64,000 nt of DNA from an uncultured Candidatus Saccharibacteria bacterium (GCA_964448075.1 CAYUUR010000003.1:133610-197609); one strand, 5' to 3'. Shown: positions 9,973 to 18,840, numbered from the stretch's first letter. Numbers and translations are program-made. The notes: a model not told the origin generated them from the letters alone.

Positions 9973-10057
9973 GGGCGAGTGGCGGAACTGGTATACGCGC
10001 ACGACTCAAAATCGTGTTCCTTACGGATTGAGGGTTCGATTCCCTCCTCGCCCACCA
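9973..10057 (+). tRNA. tRNA-Leu(CAA), class II with long variable arm, CCA encoded
   Basis: Acceptor GGGCGAG/CTCGCCC; anticodon stem CACGA/TCGTG with loop CTCAAAA; T-arm GAGGG-TTCGATT-CCCTC; ACCA end. Confidence 0.9.
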
Positions 10058-10061
10058 ATCT

Positions 10062-10088
10062 AAAAACCGGCAAAGAGGCCGGTTTTTA
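10062..10088. terminator. bidirectional rho-independent terminator-like hairpin after tRNA-Leu
   Basis: aaaaaccggc-aaagag-gccggttttt: GC stem flanked by an A-run and a T-run. Confidence 0.6.
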
Positions 10089-10091
10089 GAT

Positions 10092-10220
10092 TGGTGAATG
10101 AAGCGAATCGAACCCATACGGCGCAGCCGCGGTCCGTTCATGAGGAGCTCGCGCAGGAGCTTGCTCTGAGTAAGCGACGAAATGCGAGGGTAAGGCCTGA
10201 GGTCCCTCCTCGCCCGCCAA
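10092..10220 (+). repeat. tRNA-linked mini-element (E-type, no cargo) ending in a copy of the tRNA-Leu 3' end
   Basis: Starts with tggtgaatgaagcgaatcgaaccc, a diverged inverted copy of the tRNA 3' half. Contains core gcgcaggagcttgctctgagtaa. Ends with tccctcctcgcccGccaa (10203-10220), 17/18 identical to tRNA 10041-10058. Confidence 0.6.
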
Positions 10221-10223
10221 CAG

Positions 10224-11213
10224 CTAACCAAGAATTTCCAGAAGTTGATCCGTTCTTCGGTTTAGCCGATCAGTAACTGCACTGTCACCAACGCTGCTTT
10301 CTCCAGCGAGCATTGCTTCGTATTCAAGTACACATTCCTCGATGACTTTCAAAGGGCTAACCCAGGCGCTTCCTGTGTCGTACTTCAACGCGAGGTCTCG
10401 TGTGGCAACGATAGTCGTTATCTCATCGGCGTATACGTCTTCTGTTCGGACTGCCTTGACCTGTATTTTGTATGCAGGATAGAACTGAAAGGCCTCATCA
10501 TCTTGCGTTAGACCTAAAATATCAAAAGATGTACGTGGCTCTCCGTATTTGCAGAATTTCACATCTTCACTAAACAAAGCTGGCCGTACAAACCAGCTTC
10601 CATCACCAATTCCTTGTACGCTGAACCTTTCGAGTACTAACGACACGGCTTGCTCTGCCGCGAGTCCCCAGAAATCACTTGTTTGCTCTGCATCTTCATT
10701 GTCTCTGTAATACTGCTGAGAATTAGCGATCAATTGCGACACATTAAGGTTACGATGGTGTGCGGCTCGTAATAGTTCGGGATCCATCCTTGTTTGAGTG
10801 GGGGTTAACTGTTCAAAGACATCCATGTGCGCAAGTAATACAGCAGCTCTGGCCGTTGAATCGCTGGAGAATATTTCACCTTCTGACATGAGTGCCTGTT
10901 GCATATTGTGGCGTGCTTGGCCAAGGAATGCGCTGCGAGATCCACTTTCAGTCTGCATAGCGATATCAAGATACATCGCTCCGCTGCGCGCCAGTGCCTC
11001 GCTCGTACCTTGTCCTTCGAGCTCATAGATTACTTGGAGTCTCTCTCCGTCGTCAGCTGCCGCAGTATATCGCTTGGCTAGTTCTTTAGGTGTGGTTGTG
11101 TGCGCTGGCGCCTTTTCTCCATTTGCACCATGATACGTCTGATAGTGACGCTTTCGGAGTCTGTCTCTCTGTTTTTGGGTTTTTTGGTACCCGTTAGAAT
11201 TGTGCCTTGACAT
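10224..11213 (-). CDS. hypothetical protein
   Basis: 329-aa uninterrupted ORF; stop lies 3 nt from the tRNA-Leu 3'-end repeat; no family recognised. Confidence 0.5.
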   Translation of the reverse strand: MSRHNSNGYQKTQKQRDRLRKRHYQTYHGANGEKAPAHTTTPKELAKRYTAAADDGERLQVIYELEGQGTSEALARSGAMYLDIAMQTESGSRSAFLGQARHNMQQALMSEGEIFSSDSTARAAVLLAHMDVFEQLTPTQTRMDPELLRAAHHRNLNVSQLIANSQQYYRDNEDAEQTSDFWGLAAEQAVSLVLERFSVQGIGDGSWFVRPALFSEDVKFCKYGEPRTSFDILGLTQDDEAFQFYPAYKIQVKAVRTEDVYADEITTIVATRDLALKYDTGSAWVSPLKVIEECVLEYEAMLAGESSVGDSAVTDRLNRRTDQLLEILG

Positions 11214-11234
11214 TCACCTATTATAAAACAACAA

Positions 11235-12020
11235 CTAGTTATTTGTCAAAGATGTGGTCAGCGCTTCAAATGGCTTCGCTGGGTGTTGGATCTGCCACAC
11301 GCTCGCATTTGCGGCAGTCTTGAGTCGCCAGATCTCGTCAGTATGCGGGGTGGTGCTTACCTGCCCGTTTACGGCTACAAAAAGCTGGTCAACGTGCTGC
11401 ACGATTATGTTCGATGGTCGCTCCTCAGTAAAATCATGAAGCCAGGAGACTAACTGCATAAGACCCATTTGATATTGGATTGGTTCAGGGTACTTGGCTT
11501 TCTGAGCAAGCTGCTGTAGTTGACTGAGTGACCCCACAATGGTCGTATCAGGCCTGTCAAACAGCGTATCAGGGTGCGAATAAAAGTAGTCGATGGCGTC
11601 GCGCGTTACGACTATCGGATGAGTAGTTTTTTGTAGGAAACTTTCTAATAAAACAGCTGTCTCACTGTTACGTCCCAGTTCGCCAGTAATCAAAATCCCG
11701 TCAGCCCATTGTGAGTGCTCAAGGAGCTCGGCTAGGGCGCGTTTGGCAAGGCTGCCACTCGGTGTGCTCGGCAAAAAGTAGGCGTTTTCCAAAAATGTGC
11801 CAACTGTTTTTTGTAGACTGTCTGGCAGGGCTACACGAATACTCCCAATTCCGGCTTTAGTTGTCTGCTGATATGCCTCGGCTGGCGCAGCAAACCCATG
11901 TGCGTTGCCGCCAACAATGAGTAATTTACCAGCAGCATGCTTGGTCTCTGGCTTACTCCAGATGAGGTCAGGAAACAACGGCTTGTCAGCCGTTTGCTTA
12001 TGCCAGTAGGTATTTTCCAT
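11235..12020 (-). CDS. YjeF C-terminal-type carbohydrate kinase fold protein (NAD(P)HX dehydratase-like)
   Basis: Start moved to MENTYWHK (ATG at 12020) to remove most of the overlap with the upstream gene. GKLLIVGGNAHGFAAPAEAY...AGIGSIRVALP...ILITGELGRNSET...PIVVTRDAIDY matches the YjeF-C pattern. Confidence 0.6.
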   Translation of the reverse strand: MENTYWHKQTADKPLFPDLIWSKPETKHAAGKLLIVGGNAHGFAAPAEAYQQTTKAGIGSIRVALPDSLQKTVGTFLENAYFLPSTPSGSLAKRALAELLEHSQWADGILITGELGRNSETAVLLESFLQKTTHPIVVTRDAIDYFYSHPDTLFDRPDTTIVGSLSQLQQLAQKAKYPEPIQYQMGLMQLVSWLHDFTEERPSNIIVQHVDQLFVAVNGQVSTTPHTDEIWRLKTAANASVWQIQHPAKPFEALTTSLTNN

Positions 12021-12708
12021 CTCGTGCCTCCAGTTCATATATGACGTTCTTGCGCTCCACGACAATCTTCCAACCCTGCTCTTTTGCCTTTGTGTAGAGT
12101 TTTTGGTCAGGGTTAAAAGCAATGGGGTTTTCAACCATCTCTAGCATCGGCGCATCACTCAGACTGTCTCCAACCGCATAGCTGCCATCGAGACTGAGGT
12201 TATTTTCAGTAATGATTTGCTCCAATCGGGCCTTTTTGTCGTTACTGGCGATAGCAACCTCGCCCGTAAATCTGCCGTCTTGTCGTCCATAGGTGGAGCC
12301 TTGCCATACGTCAAATCCATATTCTTTGGCAATTTGCTCAACCAGTTCTTGATGCGAACCGGAAATAGCAACAAGCATGTAGTCTTGTCGCTTTAGTTCG
12401 GTAATCAGGTCACGCGTGTAGGTGTACACCTGTGCTTTGTATTCCTGAATAATCTCACCGACGGCCGTATCGAACTGTTCAGTGCTTAGAAGTGGTAACG
12501 CCTGGCTGTATACGTCAATAAGCGACCGTTCGTAGTCGTGAAAGGCGTTTGGGTGTTCACGGCGCTTCCAGTGCATTCGTGCCTGGTCCAGCTGTCCTTT
12601 GGCATCCTCGCCAAGCAAGCCCTTCTTGGCCAACCGATCAACCACGGCGTGGTACAGCTGCCATCGGATCAATGTCCCATCAATATCAAACACCGCAAAC
12701 CTTTTCAT
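11998..12708 (-). CDS. HAD-superfamily hydrolase (HAD-IB / SerB-like subfamily)
   Basis: FAVFDIDGTLI (motif I DxDGT), AISGS (motif II), GDSLSDAPM (motif IV). Confidence 0.8.
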   Translation of the reverse strand: MKRFAVFDIDGTLIRWQLYHAVVDRLAKKGLLGEDAKGQLDQARMHWKRREHPNAFHDYERSLIDVYSQALPLLSTEQFDTAVGEIIQEYKAQVYTYTRDLITELKRQDYMLVAISGSHQELVEQIAKEYGFDVWQGSTYGRQDGRFTGEVAIASNDKKARLEQIITENNLSLDGSYAVGDSLSDAPMLEMVENPIAFNPDQKLYTKAKEQGWKIVVERKNVIYELEARDGKYLLA

Positions 12709-12733
12709 ATTTGTATTCTAACAGGTATCTGCT

Positions 12734-13534
12734 CTAGTCATTGAGTGTTATGCTCACTGGGCAGTGGTCGCTTCCCATGACGTCGGCGTGGATTTTGGCA
12801 TCGGTAATTTTATCAGCGATTGATTCGCTGGCAAGCCAGTAGTCAATGCGCCAGCCAACATTTCGAGCCCGTGCATTTGCCCAGTGTGTCCACCAGGTGT
12901 AAGCCTCGGTTTTGTCCGGATAAAATTTACGGAAGGTGTCTACAAAACCAGCTTTGAGGAAATTACTAAAGCCTTCTCGTTCTTCGTCGGTAAAGCCATG
13001 CTTACCCACATTCGGTTTGGGATTGGCAAGGTCGATCTCTTGGTGAGCAACATTGAGGTCGCCACAAAACAGTACGGGCTTCTTCTCTTCCAATCGTTTC
13101 ATGTAGGTTAGGAACGCTGGGTCCCAGTGCTTGTGACGCAGCTCCACGCGTGACAAATCACCTTTGCTATTCGGCGTATACACTGTTGCGACGATAAAGT
13201 CATCAAACTCGGCCGCCATCACACGACCCTCAAGGTTTGGGTCGCCGTAGCTATCGCCCGTAAGTTTGAACTGTTTGATAATGTCCTCTGGAAAACCGTT
13301 GGTCACGCTAAGAGGCTTAACTTTAGAATAAATCGCCGTGCCGCTGTAGCCTTTTTTGACGGCGGAATACCAGTATTCGGTGTAGTCCGGCAAATCAACT
13401 TCTGCTTGGCCTGGCTGTGCTTTGGTTTCTTGCAGACAGAGAATGTCTGGGTCGTGGTCTTTAATGAACTGCTGAAAAGCGCCTTTGTTGAGCACGGCGC
13501 GGATGCCATTCACATTCCAGCTGTACAACTTCAT
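12734..13534 (-). CDS. xth: exodeoxyribonuclease III
   Basis: Start moved to MKLYSWNVNGIRA (ATG at 13534). LCLQETK, GDLNVAH, SDHCPV motifs of the ExoIII/EEP family. Confidence 0.88.
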   Translation of the reverse strand: MKLYSWNVNGIRAVLNKGAFQQFIKDHDPDILCLQETKAQPGQAEVDLPDYTEYWYSAVKKGYSGTAIYSKVKPLSVTNGFPEDIIKQFKLTGDSYGDPNLEGRVMAAEFDDFIVATVYTPNSKGDLSRVELRHKHWDPAFLTYMKRLEEKKPVLFCGDLNVAHQEIDLANPKPNVGKHGFTDEEREGFSNFLKAGFVDTFRKFYPDKTEAYTWWTHWANARARNVGWRIDYWLASESIADKITDAKIHADVMGSDHCPVSITLND

Positions 13535-13610
13535 ACAGAGCAGTATACCAGAATGCCGACATGCAGTGATTTGACTGGGTGGGCGGTTCTGATACACTTG
13601 TCTCTTAGAA

Positions 13611-14330
13611 ATGAAACTTCCTAACAAAAGAGTCCTGCTGAAACTGTCTGGTGAACAACTCGCTGGTAAACACGGTTTTGGCATTGACCCTGAAGTTGCT
13701 CGCTACTTTGCGAATGAGCTCAAATCACTGCGTGAAGCTGACATACAGGTCATTGTAATTGTTGGCGGCGGTAATATGGTGCGTGGTAAAACACTTGCTG
13801 GCGAAAGCCAAATCAAACGTGTCACAGCCGACCAAATGGGAATGCTATCTGGGCTCATGAACGCCATGGCGCTAACTGACATTTTTGAGGCAGAAGGCCT
13901 ACCTACGCGTTGTCTTAGCAATGTTTATGTTGAGCAGTTGGCAGAAAGCTTTTCGTTCCGCCTGGCGGAGAAACATTTACAGAAGGGTCGCGTACTGCTC
14001 GTTGCTGGTGGCACTGGTCGTCCATATTCAACGCATGATACTGCTGCAGTACTCACAGGCCTTGAGTTGGACTGCGATCTTGTTATGAAGGCTACTAAAT
14101 ATGACGGTGTATACGATGACGACCCGGCAATTAATCCCCAAGCGACCAAACGGTCAGAGCTTACTTTTCAATCGGCAATAGAGAATCAGAAAATCAACGT
14201 CATGGACAAAGCCGCCATGGGGCTGGCAATGGAACATAGGATGACTGTAGTAGTGTTTGACGCTATGAAACCCGGCAATACCCTACTGTCTGCCCAAGGC
14301 ACGACTACTGGCACGACGATTCAGTTCTAA
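13611..14330 (+). CDS. pyrH: UMP kinase
   Basis: KRVLLKLSGEQLAG..., VIVIVGGGNMVRG, ...VAGGTGRPYSTHDTAAVL; 239 aa. Confidence 0.9.
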   Translation: MKLPNKRVLLKLSGEQLAGKHGFGIDPEVARYFANELKSLREADIQVIVIVGGGNMVRGKTLAGESQIKRVTADQMGMLSGLMNAMALTDIFEAEGLPTRCLSNVYVEQLAESFSFRLAEKHLQKGRVLLVAGGTGRPYSTHDTAAVLTGLELDCDLVMKATKYDGVYDDDPAINPQATKRSELTFQSAIENQKINVMDKAAMGLAMEHRMTVVVFDAMKPGNTLLSAQGTTTGTTIQF

Positions 14331-14570
14331 CTACTTAAATCGATTCAAAAGTTCTGCGGCGTCTTTGCTGCTGAGCTTGCCGTGAGAAGTCTCTTCAGCA
14401 GGCGCATGACGAAGGTTGCGCAGAATCTGCTGGTAGGTTTTGTGTATGGTTTCAGTCGTTTGATGCAAAGGACGAATCGATGCTTTTGGGGCTTTAGGTG
14501 CAGCTTTGGCAGGATACGTGATGAATCCCTGGATAGAGTCACTTCGGTTAACTATAGATTGCTTACTCAT
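14331..14570 (-). CDS. hypothetical small protein
   Basis: 79-aa ORF whose start overlaps the stop of the upstream ORF by 1 nt (14570); likely the last gene of a 3-gene operon. Confidence 0.4.
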   Translation of the reverse strand: MSKQSIVNRSDSIQGFITYPAKAAPKAPKASIRPLHQTTETIHKTYQQILRNLRHAPAEETSHGKLSSKDAAELLNRFK

Positions 14571-15346
14571 TACACAACCTCAACACATGGACGAAAACGT
14601 TCTGTCTGCATGTAGCCTTTAGGGTCATCTTGTGCAAAGCGGTAGGCGCCACTTATAAAAGAAACAGACACTGGTTCGCTGATATCGTGATTGAGTAACC
14701 ATGTCCAGCTGTGATGGTCGCGTGGTGTAGTGTGACGTAATGCGTACACAGCGTATTCATGAATGCCAAAACCGCGGGCGTCGTGCCCGGCGATAATATA
14801 ACTTTGATTGGCAAGGATTTCCTCGGCGCTGCCAAAATCTAAGCCGTCAATACCGTCGTAGATTACCAGCAATCGCCATTTTTTGGATGTAGTTGGTTCG
14901 ATGATTGTTTCGTTCTGATCGCTGTAGCGGACATGAGGTTGCTGCAAGCGTAGGGCGTTCATTTGTTCTTGGTTGAGTGTTTGCGTTGGTGGTATGAGTT
15001 GCATTGTAAACAAGTCAGCAGACACTTGTAGTTCACCTGCGAGGTCACTAATAACTTCTTGTGCTTTGGCAATTCTGCGTTGCAATGTTTTATAAGTCGG
15101 AATGGTGATACTACGTGCTTGCCATTCGCTCACAAGCTCGTTATACCAGTTGGCGGTTTCTGTGTCAGGAGTCTTGGTGATTGTCTTGGCGCGATCTTTG
15201 CGGATAGCTGCAGCATAGCGGTCTTTGTACTGCGAAGAGCTAGCAAATAGCTGGCTTCGCTTTTGGTATAAGCTAGTGAGATTGCTTTGTAGGTCAGTGA
15301 TCTCTTGATCAATCTGGTTGAGTTTTTCGAGATTGGTAACTAACAT
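14570..15346 (-). CDS. hypothetical protein (N-terminal coiled-coil region)
   Basis: 258-aa ORF tightly packed between neighbouring ORFs; no family recognised. Confidence 0.5.
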   Translation of the reverse strand: MLVTNLEKLNQIDQEITDLQSNLTSLYQKRSQLFASSSQYKDRYAAAIRKDRAKTITKTPDTETANWYNELVSEWQARSITIPTYKTLQRRIAKAQEVISDLAGELQVSADLFTMQLIPPTQTLNQEQMNALRLQQPHVRYSDQNETIIEPTTSKKWRLLVIYDGIDGLDFGSAEEILANQSYIIAGHDARGFGIHEYAVYALRHTTPRDHHSWTWLLNHDISEPVSVSFISGAYRFAQDDPKGYMQTERFRPCVEVV

Positions 15347-15355
15347 CGCGGTATC

Positions 15356-15712
15356 CTATCCGACAAGCTGGTTTGTTGGCGTATTGCTTGGTGCGGCTGC
15401 TGGGTTACGTAGTTGTGCACCAAAGTGTTCTTCGATAGCACTTAGGTGCTTGCCTGCCTGGTCGCTGACTGCTACAAGGCGCTGTGCGTCTTCAGCAATC
15501 TTTGACGTCTGTGTGACTGCAATATTAATGCGCTGTATAAGATCTGCACGGAAGGCGTTGATGGTTGGTGAGCTGATTGCTTCACTTTGTTCAGAGAGGA
15601 TCTCTGAGAGAATTTGTAGTGTTGGTGCGAGTTCACGGAGCACTGCATCCATTTCGCGGACTCTGTTGTTTGCTCGAGCGTGAGCCTGCTTATCAATTTT
15701 ATAGACAATCAT
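15356..15712 (-). CDS. hypothetical helical/coiled-coil protein
   Basis: 118-aa ORF, first in the 15712-14331 minus-strand cluster. Confidence 0.45.
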   Translation of the reverse strand: MIVYKIDKQAHARANNRVREMDAVLRELAPTLQILSEILSEQSEAISSPTINAFRADLIQRINIAVTQTSKIAEDAQRLVAVSDQAGKHLSAIEEHFGAQLRNPAAAPSNTPTNQLVG

Positions 15713-15793
15713 ACGAACTCCTTGTTTTGTAATGCTATCGTAGCATCAAATACCAATAGAGTAAAGTACGTTGCCTAATACACCTAGCTACTG

Positions 15794-17224
15794 TTAGAGT
15801 GGTTCGCCGGGTTTACGACATTCAGGGAGGAGCTTTGGGCTAAGGCCAAGTTTATCACGCGTTTCACAGCCAATGCCTTGTTGGCTGGCATAGACTTGGT
15901 TGTATGTGTTGTCAGCGTAAATGTAATAGTAGCTTGCTCCAGAATCGCAACCACTTTCAGATAGGACGAGCTGATCTGTTCCGTCGCGAGCCACAAGTGA
16001 TACGCGTCTGAAGTTATTGTCTATACAATCAAACGTCACGCGTTGTTCCATGAAATCAGTAATCTTGCTTGGCGTACCTTCGGGGGCAAACACAAATGCA
16101 GCAGCCTGAGTGTCGGGATTGACGGCCGTACCATTTTGACTTGGGAAGTTAACGAGAGAAAAGAGAAAATTCTGGCTCGTGACTGGTAGTTTAAGTTGCG
16201 TGACGACAGCGTCTGGCCCAGCCAGTTCATATCGTTGTGGCGGATCCTGTCCTGCAACGCTAAAGTTATTCACCCAAAAGCCCCGAGTCGTGAACACGGG
16301 CGCAGGATAGTCCATGGCATGATTGTTAATGCGATAGACTTCGTTGAGTTGCTGGTTGTTAAGTTTGCCTACTTTGAATGTATATGATGGATTAGCTGTA
16401 TCGCTTCCGAGTATGTTCGTATAGAAGGCTTGCATACCGGGATCGTATGAAATGGCAACGTCGGTCGTTACTTCAAGTGCGCCATCGGGGTTCATGGAAA
16501 AATCACTGATATTAATCTCTTGTGCTGGTCGATTCACGCCTGTGGAAACGAGTACTAGCTGGCCTGAATTCATCGCTTCCTCATCGCCTTTCGCATACTG
16601 CATATAGACGTTGTCGCCATCGCTACCGACAATTTGCGCGTATTGATCAGGAGTATTGATAGTGCCTATCGTTTTACCATCTAAACTCACTATTGAGATC
16701 GATCGGCTTGACGCCTCTTCTTCATACGTATCGGTAATTTTTACCAGTGCATCGTTCCCATGCCATAAGTACTGGGTGCTCAGATAGTCGTTGTCTTTTG
16801 GCAGCGTGTTGACTACTGCAAAATTACTGTCCAAGACGACTTGTGATTGCTCAGAGAACCTCTCGGAATACGTATAACCTGAGGCCAGATACTTGGTCTG
16901 ATCTGGGCTTGGGACTAAGTTGGTTACTTCGCCCAAAGATTCGGGTATGGAGTATTGCTTGCGCTCACCGGTTTCGAGGTTTTCGCACTGAAGCAAAGGC
17001 CCATTCAATGACACGCAGACCACCTTGTTATTGTTAGTAATATACTGCTTCCCGCGTGCTGTTTCACTGTCTTGCGCCGTTGGCTTAGTTGCGTACAAGT
17101 AGATTCCTACCCCTAAAGTAACGAGAGCGAGCAAAATCATACTGATCACAACCCATTTATTGCGTGGAGTTGCTGGTAGCTTTATCTTCACTGGTTCGTG
17201 CTGATGCGATGTGTCAATACTCAT
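15794..17224 (-). CDS. hypothetical membrane-anchored extracytoplasmic protein
   Basis: 476-aa ORF; N-terminal TM (WVVISMILLALVTLGVGIYLY) followed by a large soluble region with Cys pairs. Confidence 0.5.
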   Translation of the reverse strand: MSIDTSHQHEPVKIKLPATPRNKWVVISMILLALVTLGVGIYLYATKPTAQDSETARGKQYITNNNKVVCVSLNGPLLQCENLETGERKQYSIPESLGEVTNLVPSPDQTKYLASGYTYSERFSEQSQVVLDSNFAVVNTLPKDNDYLSTQYLWHGNDALVKITDTYEEEASSRSISIVSLDGKTIGTINTPDQYAQIVGSDGDNVYMQYAKGDEEAMNSGQLVLVSTGVNRPAQEINISDFSMNPDGALEVTTDVAISYDPGMQAFYTNILGSDTANPSYTFKVGKLNNQQLNEVYRINNHAMDYPAPVFTTRGFWVNNFSVAGQDPPQRYELAGPDAVVTQLKLPVTSQNFLFSLVNFPSQNGTAVNPDTQAAAFVFAPEGTPSKITDFMEQRVTFDCIDNNFRRVSLVARDGTDQLVLSESGCDSGASYYYIYADNTYNQVYASQQGIGCETRDKLGLSPKLLPECRKPGEPL

Positions 17225-17306
17225 GTTTATAGTGTAGTTCTCAAGGCGCGATAAACAAACCTCAATTGTTGTTTTTTGCCCGAACTACTCTATGTAGAAA
17301 ACCGCG

Positions 17307-17573
17307 TTATATTGTAGTATCGTTTTTCTTTCCGAGATCGAACACTTTGGTAATCATCCACGCAAGTAAGCCAAATACTATTATTGCCACGATACTTTCG
17401 ATATCAATTCTTGATACACCGTAAGTAGTATCAATGCGGAACAAACCTCTGAAAGGTGCTACAAACGGACCTGTTATCGAATAGATCAAATCAGCAAAGG
17501 TATTAGAGCGATTTGCCCCGAGTAGTGAGAATATAAAACGAATGCCCAGCAATCCTGCCAAGATACCATACAT
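17307..17573 (-). CDS. YggT-family membrane protein
   Basis: 88 aa with two TM segments; FADLIYSITGPFVAPFR pattern typical of YggT. Confidence 0.6.
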   Translation of the reverse strand: MYGILAGLLGIRFIFSLLGANRSNTFADLIYSITGPFVAPFRGLFRIDTTYGVSRIDIESIVAIIVFGLLAWMITKVFDLGKKNDTTI

Positions 17574-17660
17574 GAGGTAGATTATTTTCTCACCCTTTAT
17601 GACGCTTTCGTCTGTACTGTGATGACTAACGGACTGTTTTTCTATCTCCGCGACTATCCC

Positions 17661-17689
17661 TTGACATCAAGGAACAGATGAGCTAAACT
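17661..17689 (+). promoter_or_regulatory. sigma70-like promoter for the transposase gene
   Basis: TTGACA (17661-17666), 17-nt spacer, TAAACT (17684-17689); ATG at 17696, so the transcript would be almost leaderless. Confidence 0.35.
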
Positions 17690-17695
17690 GTAAGT

Positions 17696-18589
17696 ATGAA
17701 AGTTGAACGGTACACAATAGATACGTTTCATCTGGAGTTTCCTGATGATGACACTTGTCTTGACTACATGTTCAACCTGGCCTACGGCAATCTCCCAGCC
17801 TGCCCTCAATGCGGTGTTGTTGAGCCCCGTTACTACCGCGTTAGAAACCGCAAATGCTACGCCTGTAATGACTGTGGCTACCAAATCAGCCCTCTGGCTA
17901 ATACTATCTTCCATAAGTCTGAAACCCCACTGACTAAATGGTTCTACGCCATCTACCTGTTCAGTGTTGGTAAAAACGGCGTATCAGCTAAAGAAATAGA
18001 ACGACACTTAGGCGTTACGTATAAGACCGCCTGGCGCATGGCTAAACAAATCCGCCTGATGATGCAGCAAGGTGGCTCTCCACTATCAGGTGTTGTTGAG
18101 GCTGATGAAACCTACGTAGGCGGTAAAACTCGCCGTGATAAAATGTACGATAACAAAACAGCCGTTGTAGGCATTGTTGAAAAGCAAAAAGGCACTGGTC
18201 AGGTTAAAGCTTTTGCAACTAAACAGGCTGACGCTACCGTAACGCTACCGTTCCTGCGAGCCAACATTACACCTGGCTCAACGCTACACACTGACGACAG
18301 TCGTATCTACTCGCGCGTTAAACGTGACTTCTCTCATGAATTCGTTAATCACAGCAAGCTGGAGTACGTAAAGTCCGGTGTTCACACCAACACCATTGAA
18401 GGCTTTTGGGGTCAGCTTAAGCGATCACTCGACGGTACGTACCACTGTGTTAGTCCGAAGTATCTTCAGCTGTACGTGAACGAGTTCGTTTACCGGTATA
18501 ACCACCGGCACGTCGCGGCTTTCCCGGCTTTGATTCAAGTGGCTGCGCAGCCCGTTCTAGTATCTTCTCGAAATCTTCCTTCGCGTTAG
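17696..18589 (+). CDS. IS1595-family (ISXO2-like) DDE transposase
   Basis: N-terminal zinc ribbon (CPQCG...CNDCG), HTH (ISAKEIERHLGVTYKTAWRM), DDE blocks EADETYVGG / LHTDDSRIY / NTIEGFWGQLKR. Confidence 0.85.
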   Translation: MKVERYTIDTFHLEFPDDDTCLDYMFNLAYGNLPACPQCGVVEPRYYRVRNRKCYACNDCGYQISPLANTIFHKSETPLTKWFYAIYLFSVGKNGVSAKEIERHLGVTYKTAWRMAKQIRLMMQQGGSPLSGVVEADETYVGGKTRRDKMYDNKTAVVGIVEKQKGTGQVKAFATKQADATVTLPFLRANITPGSTLHTDDSRIYSRVKRDFSHEFVNHSKLEYVKSGVHTNTIEGFWGQLKRSLDGTYHCVSPKYLQLYVNEFVYRYNHRHVAAFPALIQVAAQPVLVSSRNLPSR

Positions 18590-18686
18590 GATTGCGCTCA
18601 GATTCTGGCAGGCTTTCCTCCCACTGCTTGATACTCTTGCGGACTTCATCGTTGCTTTTAGGCATGTTCCTAGTATACCGCACCAA
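18450..18686 (-). CDS. small hypothetical ORF overlapping the transposase 3' end
   Basis: 78-aa ORF (MPKSNDEVRKSIKQWEESL...); the last ~45 codons overlap the transposase gene antisense, so it may be a truncated or chimeric gene. Confidence 0.25.
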   Translation of the reverse strand: MVRYTRNMPKSNDEVRKSIKQWEESLPESERNPNAKEDFEKILERAAQPLESKPGKPRRAGGYTGKRTRSRTAEDTSD

Positions 18687-18840
18687 TCAAAATCACCTGG
18701 TATAGTATGCCAATCGGTTGGAATACTATCTGACAAAGCTTCATCTGTTAACTACTCTTATTTGAATTCCTTTACTATACAACTACAGCACCAGAGTTAC
18801 ATAACATTAACCTTACCCACCGACACCCAAGCTATCTGGT

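Noticed and set aside
10148-10172. GGAGCTTGCTCC hairpin with GCAAGTC context, reminiscent of the 16S rRNA V1 helix.
   Set aside because: Only about 12 nt match. No flanking 16S conserved blocks (for example GGCGGACGGGTGAGTAA) are present, so this is a coincidental simple hairpin.
9852-10276. Track ORFs 9852-10073(-), 9956-10231(-) and 10091-10276(+).
   Set aside because: They run across tRNA-Leu, its terminator and the mini-element, with no coding signal.
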